This document shows, one piece after another, positions 57,301 through 64,000 of a DNA stretch of 64,000 bases. The position numbers and the translations under genes were made by a program. This DNA is from an uncultured Candidatus Saccharibacteria bacterium (GTDB lineage Bacteria > Patescibacteriota > Minisyncoccia > Phycocordibacterales > PALSA-1337). The notes below the pieces were generated by a model. That model saw nothing but the letters and a program-made list of their open reading frames with translations. It did no database searches and was not told where the DNA came from. Within the stretch, counting starts at the first letter, position 1. Each line of letters opens with the position of its first letter. The DNA is taken from the NCBI GenBank assembly GCA_964412585.1, contig CAYPPJ010000001.1:17995-81994 (forward strand), in the 5' to 3' direction.

Positions 57301-57340
57301 CTGGTAATTGGCGCGTCGATACATCCTAGCAGATACTAGG

Positions 57341-58762
57341 CTATTTCGTCAATACCTCCACGGTTATACGGTCCAAATCTGTTGGCACATTCGACCATGG
57401 GGGTGTAATAGACCCTGAACCTTTTTCGAATTCGATGACAGGCTTGAACGAGTGGAGTACGGTACTTGTCTCCGTCAACGAAAGGCCCGCAAGTTTTTGT
57501 TTGATCTGATCGACCGGAACAGAACCAACGAGCATGGCGTCACCTTTGAGTTTAATAATCAACGTATTTTTCTTTTCAGGAGAAAAATCTTTTGCGTTGG
57601 CTATAGTGAAATCAAGTGACTCGAGACCAGGCGTTTCATAAGCGAAGCTGCCAAAGGATGCAACCGCCTCTTCACCAGCTACACGAGATACCAACTCTGA
57701 TCTCTTAAAGAGAATCCCGTGCACTGTTCCCTGTAAAGTTATTGTTGCCGATTTTGCGTCGCTACCCCCGATAACCGGTGCGCCAAATGTGGACACATAC
57801 GCTTTTGGATACATAACATACCCCTCAGGAACGCTCGACTTCAATTTTGTCAAAAGTCCCGCAACAAGTTTAGACTGCAAATCAGCTGTTGTGGATGCCA
57901 ATGTGGCAGGACTAATCGTCTTCTTTGCCCCAACAAAACCGCCAGTCAGATCTGTTGCTAGACGTGCATATATCGAATCATATTTTGCACTACCTTTGTA
58001 TGCGACGATCTTGAGGTCGCTTACTGGGTCACTCTTCGTAACATTGTATGACTGACCAGGCTGATCCGCTGTTATCATGACAGAAACAGTGCCTGGAGAT
58101 GTATTTGATCCAGATACGGTGTAGCCCGGTATGACGACAGAACTCGCCAGACGGTACACTCTCCCTGTATCATCACTGAGACGCGTACCCGCAATCAAGC
58201 GTTGTGATTGTGCGCTATATGAGTTGTACAAGGTGACCTTCCCTTTTGCAGATGTAGAGATTTTTGGTCCATCAGTTGCGGGAACTGTTCCAGTAGAGTC
58301 GCCTTTGATGGTGGCAATCTCATATACCAGCACACCCTTTCCCGGAATACTTTGTGAAATATATGTGCTATCAACAGTAAAAGGAATGACTTTTGGAACA
58401 ATAGTGAATGACGCTCGAGAAAAATACACTGATGCAATATAGCCCACAATAGCCACAAGTATCACGATACCCATCACTATATATAGAAATTTTCGGGCAC
58501 CGGAGCGTTTTTTTGGTCGCACCGCTTTGATGGGCACTTCGTCTTGATCCCCATCTTGAATATCAAGGCTTTTTTTACGTGAACTCGTTGTAACCACTTC
58601 TTCCTTCTCCGGTTCGAGATCTACTTTGCGCATAGACACAGGGCGACCTGCCTTTTTCTTTGGGGGCTGGATAGGAGCGACGATTTCAACCGGGCGTTCT
58701 ACCGGAATATCCCGTATTGAACGGTGAGTATTAGGTACAATGTCTTGAACGCGGCGAGGCAT
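57341..58762 (-). CDS. bitopic membrane protein: about 100-aa basic disordered cytoplasmic N-terminus, one TM helix, large Ser/Thr-rich extracytoplasmic domain
   Basis: Lys/Arg/Pro-rich N-terminus, TM FLYIVMGIVILVAIVGYIASVYF, no motif. Confidence 0.45.
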   Translation of the reverse strand: MPRRVQDIVPNTHRSIRDIPVERPVEIVAPIQPPKKKAGRPVSMRKVDLEPEKEEVVTTSSRKKSLDIQDGDQDEVPIKAVRPKKRSGARKFLYIVMGIVILVAIVGYIASVYFSRASFTIVPKVIPFTVDSTYISQSIPGKGVLVYEIATIKGDSTGTVPATDGPKISTSAKGKVTLYNSYSAQSQRLIAGTRLSDDTGRVYRLASSVVIPGYTVSGSNTSPGTVSVMITADQPGQSYNVTKSDPVSDLKIVAYKGSAKYDSIYARLATDLTGGFVGAKKTISPATLASTTADLQSKLVAGLLTKLKSSVPEGYVMYPKAYVSTFGAPVIGGSDAKSATITLQGTVHGILFKRSELVSRVAGEEAVASFGSFAYETPGLESLDFTIANAKDFSPEKKNTLIIKLKGDAMLVGSVPVDQIKQKLAGLSLTETSTVLHSFKPVIEFEKGSGSITPPWSNVPTDLDRITVEVLTK

Positions 58763-58787
58763 ATAAAAATACTATACCATATGAACT

Positions 58788-59936
58788 CTATTTTACTAAA
58801 CTGTGAACAGCCAACACGTACAATCCAGTCAATCGCAATCGTTCCGCATGAGTTCCATATGATACATACGGTGTAATCTGATCAATATCAAGTATCTCTG
58901 GTGATGATTGCGGATATGCAGTCTTAAAACTTTCTACAAAAAAATCTTCGTGCGTACGAGCGGAGATAATAACTTTTGCTGGAACTGCTTCAGGCGTTGA
59001 GCTTGTTTTGAGAAGTTTTTTGAACTCACCCGTCCATCCCTGCTGCATGTTGACTATTGCTGCTGATTCTTTTTTTGCTTGAGTAGCATCAATATCTTTT
59101 TTCATGACTAAATTGAGGGTCGATTCGGCAGCATCATCACTCGTATTAGTCTCTTTGGCTATACTTCGGATGATATGCTGTACACCAAACGGGTAGGAAC
59201 CAAAAAAAGAGCACGAGTGGGCATGAATAATGGCAACGTCCGTCAATTCCCCATGAATATGGATAAGTGCATAATCTGAGACATTCGGGACGATCTTTTG
59301 AATACTGAGATGCTGTAGAAAAAGTGACGAATGGAACTGTATATGATCCTTGTGACGTACAATACTCTCGACTGATTCGATGAATTTATCAATCATACGG
59401 CCTCCAGCAATACTTACCACAAATGAAACACCGAGCTCCTTGGTGTGACGACTCTCCCAGGATGCCACAGAATACCCATTGAGCCTAACATCAAATACCT
59501 TCTCCTCAATCACTCGGATATCGTCGGCGGCACTAGAAGTCATCTTTGAACGTTCCTCCCAGATAATACCGCTCACGTAGGCGCGACTCACCGCAGTATC
59601 TTCTTTGAACGATGTAGAAATTGTTTTTGCTTGAGAAACAGTCCACGGAGAAGAGAGGACAAAATGTACGGATGAAATACGATGGGGTAATTCACTCGCA
59701 TTCACTTCTGACTGAAGGTTGGCTCGCACCGCTTGAACTATTTCTTCAACTCCCCGTAGTGCCATCTTGATCAAATAACCACTACCACCATCAGGTTTGT
59801 AAGGAATGGAAACATTGTGTGTGTACAAGATTGTAGGAATTGCGCCTGCGTGCATGTGTACCAATGATCCACGAACAACGGAACTCTGAACGTCGATAAT
59901 GAGCATCAATTCATTCTGTGAACTTGAGAAAAGCAT
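58788..59936 (-). CDS. actin-like (ASKHA-fold) ATPase, FtsA/PilM-like
   Basis: Phosphate-1-like LIIDVQSSVVRGSLV and phosphate-2-like ALIHIHGELTDVAII segments; 382 aa. Confidence 0.4.
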   Translation of the reverse strand: MLFSSSQNELMLIIDVQSSVVRGSLVHMHAGAIPTILYTHNVSIPYKPDGGSGYLIKMALRGVEEIVQAVRANLQSEVNASELPHRISSVHFVLSSPWTVSQAKTISTSFKEDTAVSRAYVSGIIWEERSKMTSSAADDIRVIEEKVFDVRLNGYSVASWESRHTKELGVSFVVSIAGGRMIDKFIESVESIVRHKDHIQFHSSLFLQHLSIQKIVPNVSDYALIHIHGELTDVAIIHAHSCSFFGSYPFGVQHIIRSIAKETNTSDDAAESTLNLVMKKDIDATQAKKESAAIVNMQQGWTGEFKKLLKTSSTPEAVPAKVIISARTHEDFFVESFKTAYPQSSPEILDIDQITPYVSYGTHAERLRLTGLYVLAVHSLVK

Positions 59937-60020
59937 TACCGATTATTATATCATAAGAAAAAAGTGGCTATCCGAAGCGAAGACAACTGGAGCGAGTTTC
60001 ATGCCAATGAGCAGGAGACC

Positions 60021-61877
60021 CTATTCCAGGACAGCCTTAATCCTCCTCACCCCTTGTGAACTTGCCTCCTCTTTTTGAATTTTGAATTTCCACTTCCCTT
60101 CTGGACCAGCCAATTCTTTCGTATTTTTTACATGAGGGCCACCACAAAACTCCTTCGAATACGCGGTTTCTAGATTATCACCTATATAGTAAATAGAAAT
60201 CTCATCGCCATATTTTTCTCCAAAGAAATGTCGCGCACCAGTTTTTTCTGCTTCTGCACGAGGCAAGACTACATTATTCATTGGTAGCGCTGCGGCAATT
60301 TTTTCATTCACTATATCTTCTACACGCTTTTTTTGCTCATCTGTCAGCTTTACACCAGTAAAATCAAAACGCAAACGCTCAGCAGTGATGTTCGATCCTT
60401 TTTGATCACCTTCATTTTCTCCGAGGACATCGTGAAGGGCTTGGTGCAGAAGATGTGTTGCGGTGTGATAACGAACAACCATTGGGTCATGCGCATCAGC
60501 AAGGCCACCTTTGAATTTTTGTTCAGCACCGGCACGAGAGAGGTCTTGGTGTTTTTTAATTAATTCATTAACGAGATCCTTATTGAAAGTAATGCCCTTT
60601 TCTTTGCATATCTCTTCAGTAAGTTCAATTGGAAAACCATATGACTGATAAAGGTCAAATACAATATCTGCCGGAATTTCTTTTATTTTAATTGGGGGAA
60701 GGCTGACATGCACAATTTTTTGTTCCAAAATTTTAATGCCGTGTGCAAGTGTCTCGCGGAATTTAATTTCTTCATCCTTGATTGGACTGCCCACAGAAAG
60801 ACCTTGGTGACCGCCCCTAACAGTTTGTGAATATATCTGGCCATAGATACTTTGAACAACCTCTACAAGTGCTATGAGTGAAGTAGCTGGGTCCATTTTC
60901 AAAATGTCAGAATGACGCACCGCTCTACGAATAAGCTTGCGTAATACGTACCCTCTATCGGAATTTGAAGGTAGGACCCCGTCAGCAACCAGGTGAACTG
61001 CGGCCCTGACGTGATCCGCAACAATGCGCGCAGAAACAACGTCCCAATTTTTTGAAAGCTCCTTGATCTTATCCATCACCGGCTTCAACAAGTCTGTATC
61101 ATAAATGTTATCAACTCCCTGCAATGTCATAGCCAGACGTTCAAGCCCTGCTCCTGTATCCACAGATGGCTTCGGCAATTTTCCAACAATCTTTCCATCT
61201 TTCTTCTCATACTGCATGAAAACATCGTTCCAAATCTCAACCACCACACGATCATCGTCAGCCTTGATATATTCTTCCTGAGTGATTCCTCTCCCGCCAA
61301 ATTCGTTTTTGATATCATAAAACATTTCTGTGTCAGGACCACAGGGACCATTGTCTCCCGCCTCCCACCAATTGGTCTTGGCTCCTCGGAAGAATATGCG
61401 CTCACCTTCGACGCCATTCTTTTTGAAAATGTCACTCCAGATAGCCGCTGCCTCATCATCCTTTGGCGCATTCTCATCTCCTTCAAACACAGTCACGTAC
61501 AAACGTCTCGGATCAAGTCCAAGGCCTTCTTTTGGATCAGTGAGAAATTCGTAACTCCAATTGATCGCTTCTTTTTTGAAATAATCACCAAGCGACCAGT
61601 TGCCGAGCATCTCAAAAAAAGTCGCGTGAGTCTTGTCGCCAATATCATCAATATCCACTGTACGAACGCATTTTTGGACATCAACAAGCCGAACCCCTTG
61701 CGGATGAGTTTTACCAAGTAAATATGGAACCAATGGCTGCATGCCGGCGGTATTGAACAACGTTGAGTTGGTTACACCCTTTTCGTCTGGCGTGACCAAG
61801 GATGCAGATGGAATAACCGCGTGTCCACGCTTTTCAAAAAAAGATAGAAACCGAGAGCGAATCTCTGATGAGTTCAT
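60021..61877 (-). CDS. alaS: alanyl-tRNA synthetase, short form lacking most of the C-Ala domain
   Basis: FLSFFEKRGH, F.TAGM, WS.GDY class II motifs; editing-domain HTATHLLH...CGG.H; 618 aa. Confidence 0.85.
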   Translation of the reverse strand: MNSSEIRSRFLSFFEKRGHAVIPSASLVTPDEKGVTNSTLFNTAGMQPLVPYLLGKTHPQGVRLVDVQKCVRTVDIDDIGDKTHATFFEMLGNWSLGDYFKKEAINWSYEFLTDPKEGLGLDPRRLYVTVFEGDENAPKDDEAAAIWSDIFKKNGVEGERIFFRGAKTNWWEAGDNGPCGPDTEMFYDIKNEFGGRGITQEEYIKADDDRVVVEIWNDVFMQYEKKDGKIVGKLPKPSVDTGAGLERLAMTLQGVDNIYDTDLLKPVMDKIKELSKNWDVVSARIVADHVRAAVHLVADGVLPSNSDRGYVLRKLIRRAVRHSDILKMDPATSLIALVEVVQSIYGQIYSQTVRGGHQGLSVGSPIKDEEIKFRETLAHGIKILEQKIVHVSLPPIKIKEIPADIVFDLYQSYGFPIELTEEICKEKGITFNKDLVNELIKKHQDLSRAGAEQKFKGGLADAHDPMVVRYHTATHLLHQALHDVLGENEGDQKGSNITAERLRFDFTGVKLTDEQKKRVEDIVNEKIAAALPMNNVVLPRAEAEKTGARHFFGEKYGDEISIYYIGDNLETAYSKEFCGGPHVKNTKELAGPEGKWKFKIQKEEASSQGVRRIKAVLE

Positions 61878-61914
61878 GGCAGGATAGTATCACGAATTAC
61901 TTGAAAAAGTAACA

Positions 61915-62175
61915 TTATTCACCCCCAATATAGAATAGAATCGTAAGCATGACGACAAGAAACAAGGCGACCCACAACACAACCTCGCTCGCTGTATAGA
62001 AATGTTTGTGGGTCGGTAATAGATCAGTGCGCACACGTTTGTCGTGAACAGCAAAGGCGTTATCAATCTGTTCCTTGCTCCAACCACCCGCCTGGAGGCT
62101 CACAATGAGTGAATTGCGCGGAATCCCTTGGCGAAGTTGACTGTCAACGTAATGTGTAAATTCTTCAGGCTTCAT
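61915..62175 (-). CDS. hypothetical protein with a C-terminal TM helix
   Basis: 86-aa ORF; hydrophobic tail. Confidence 0.3.
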   Translation of the reverse strand: MKPEEFTHYVDSQLRQGIPRNSLIVSLQAGGWSKEQIDNAFAVHDKRVRTDLLPTHKHFYTASEVVLWVALFLVVMLTILFYIGGE

Positions 62176-62207
62176 ACGTGTATCTATTATACACCAAATG
62201 GAGCAAG

Positions 62208-63923
62208 CTAGTTCATCTTCTTGATCCAGGCACGGTATTTCTTGTCCATATCCTCAAAACTAACCTTATTATCAGCGATTTTCTTCTTGCCATGCACCAT
62301 ATTGATACGACCATCAAGATCGACTGGCCCTGTATATGCCTTGACCGACTGTAGTCTGAGTATACGAGCTTGTGCAGTTTTGAGAATCTCATCAACCGAA
62401 CGAGTAACCTCATGAATGAACGCATCTGGACTCAATTTTTTGCCCGTAGCCATAGCTACCAGCTTTTTTGCCGGATATGACGAAGCATATGACCACATCT
62501 TAGTCATCTCCTTGCCTACATTAGGGTTGTCCACAATGTATCCGTATTTCTTGAAAAAATACTCACGCCACTGAGATACGCCGAGCTCAGCCAAGCCATA
62601 CCCGTGATAGTACGCAGAACTTTCCCACGAATAAATATGTGGGACATTGAGAATGCCAATAGTGTCCTCAGACCGGTCAAAGTACGTACGGGCAACTTTT
62701 CTCGCAATGTCGAGAACTTTTGTGCGGGTGAGATTCTTTGTCTCATATATTTCTTTCTCAAAAAAGATGACAAAGCAGATACTCATCATATCGAGAGGCA
62801 TCAACGGTTGAAGTTTACGCACCTTGCGTTCATAGAGGTCAAATGGGTATGGTTCGCCTTTTTCGTTCTTCACATACCGCATACGCCATTCGATACTGCT
62901 CGAAATCGTATCCATAAACATACTATGGGTCTCCGCCCACGAAACTGACGAAGGTGGATATTCTGAGTTAACGCAGGCATCCTTTTGGGTCGAACAGAGC
63001 CTGTCAGCTGCGTGACCTGCCTCATGAAATACTGTATGAATACCTTGAACACCTGATCCAACCTGATCAGCAATAGCATCCGACGTAAAATTGGCCGAAC
63101 CAGGAATACGTTTGTTGCCCTTATACTCTACAAGCTTTGGGTAATGGCAAAATCCATTGTTATGCTTCCCTTTTCTATCCAGGAGATCGAGAGTGACTGT
63201 GCCACCGTTGAAACCGACACCGAGTGCTGCAAATGATCTGCCCCAGTAGGACAACACGTTTTCAAATCTAAAATACGGATCTTCTTCTTTAACAAAATCT
63301 CCCGTCATCATATAGGCGAAGTTCCATGGCTTGCGTAGTCCGGGCATTGTATTCTCAAGGTCGCGGATGCTTTTAAATCCGTACTTCGTTTTTTCATAGA
63401 TATTTTCAAAAATCGAAAAGAGTTCTTTTTTGGTCATATCTTCATCAATGCGAGCCTTGTATTCGTAGAAATCAGAAAAACCGAGGGCTCGTGCAAATTC
63501 GTTGCGAACGTTGATGACAGCAATATATTCGTCTAAATAATCGAGTGGTAACTTCTCGAGGGCGTCAAAACAAGCTTTTCTAACACTCTCACTTGGATGC
63601 GTACGCATCAACACCCGCATACGGTTCTCGGAGGCCTCAACAAATGTACTCGTGACTGGGTCAATATACCCTTCGGTTCGGGCCGTCCTTTTTTGCGCAA
63701 TCTTATTTTCAAGATCAAGGGCTTTCTTTTTGAGTGGCAACGCATGAGCTGGTGTTTGGTACAAATCAAAAAAATGATTCCACTGTTTGAGGCGAGTCTC
63801 GTTTTCACCAGTCGCCTTTTTGAGGTAGAGAATCGTTTCTGCTTTGAGGTCGGCATCTGCCCTAAAAGCATCGCGAGCCAACTGGGCTTCATTCATCTTT
63901 GTATCGACACTATGGTCACCCAT
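62208..63923 (-). CDS. zinc metallopeptidase with HExxH (M3 oligoendopeptidase F-like or M32-like)
   Basis: TVFHEAGHA zinc-binding motif; about 570 aa, all-helical-looking. Confidence 0.45.
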   Translation of the reverse strand: MGDHSVDTKMNEAQLARDAFRADADLKAETILYLKKATGENETRLKQWNHFFDLYQTPAHALPLKKKALDLENKIAQKRTARTEGYIDPVTSTFVEASENRMRVLMRTHPSESVRKACFDALEKLPLDYLDEYIAVINVRNEFARALGFSDFYEYKARIDEDMTKKELFSIFENIYEKTKYGFKSIRDLENTMPGLRKPWNFAYMMTGDFVKEEDPYFRFENVLSYWGRSFAALGVGFNGGTVTLDLLDRKGKHNNGFCHYPKLVEYKGNKRIPGSANFTSDAIADQVGSGVQGIHTVFHEAGHAADRLCSTQKDACVNSEYPPSSVSWAETHSMFMDTISSSIEWRMRYVKNEKGEPYPFDLYERKVRKLQPLMPLDMMSICFVIFFEKEIYETKNLTRTKVLDIARKVARTYFDRSEDTIGILNVPHIYSWESSAYYHGYGLAELGVSQWREYFFKKYGYIVDNPNVGKEMTKMWSYASSYPAKKLVAMATGKKLSPDAFIHEVTRSVDEILKTAQARILRLQSVKAYTGPVDLDGRINMVHGKKKIADNKVSFEDMDKKYRAWIKKMN

Positions 63924-64000
63924 ATTTGAGAGCCAAAAATAATCCTCATATGTCGTATGAAGTTTGTTGTATGTTGTGTTGAGATAATTGAGAAAATCTG

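Noticed and set aside
1-64000. CRISPR arrays, rRNA genes, transposases or integrases
   Set aside because: No regularly spaced short repeats, no rRNA signature sequences, and no DDE, tyrosine or serine recombinase motifs were seen in any frame.

Overview
This 64-kb window is gene-dense and dominated by housekeeping genes; stop-codon usage suggests the standard code, and GC content is moderate. Calls and their order are listed in the features.

Several things point to a reduced genome, most likely a Patescibacteria/CPR-like bacterium (inference): valS (743 aa) and alaS (618 aa) are shortened; rimM, rplS, hrcA/CIRCE and secY-adk-map are missing from their usual positions; and there are many small membrane or secreted hypothetical proteins and type IV pilus genes.

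I found no rRNA, CRISPR array, transposase or integrase. I also recovered an unlisted 38-aa rpmJ gene.

Nothing forms a canonical multi-gene defence or mobile system. The most system-like novelties are:
- a membrane-tethered PH-domain/AlbA_2 fusion protein next to a structured non-coding region;
- a 39-bp motif with an internal direct repeat, present twice 24.7 kb apart;
- a 122-bp element with perfect 24-bp terminal inverted repeats between two genes;
- a ~590-bp ORF-free structured gap inside the grpE-dnaK locus;
- an exact 52-bp tandem duplication that rewrites the C-terminus of a DoxX gene;
- a cytochrome b5/DoxX pair;
- a GC-rich P-loop kinase gene that looks horizontally acquired;
- an intracellular polysaccharide-lyase-like protein paired with a secreted lysozyme-like protein;
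- an actin-like ATPase plus a bitopic membrane protein where secY-adk-map normally sit.

All coordinates were derived by hand from the printed sequence. Product calls rest on recognisable motifs, not on database searches.
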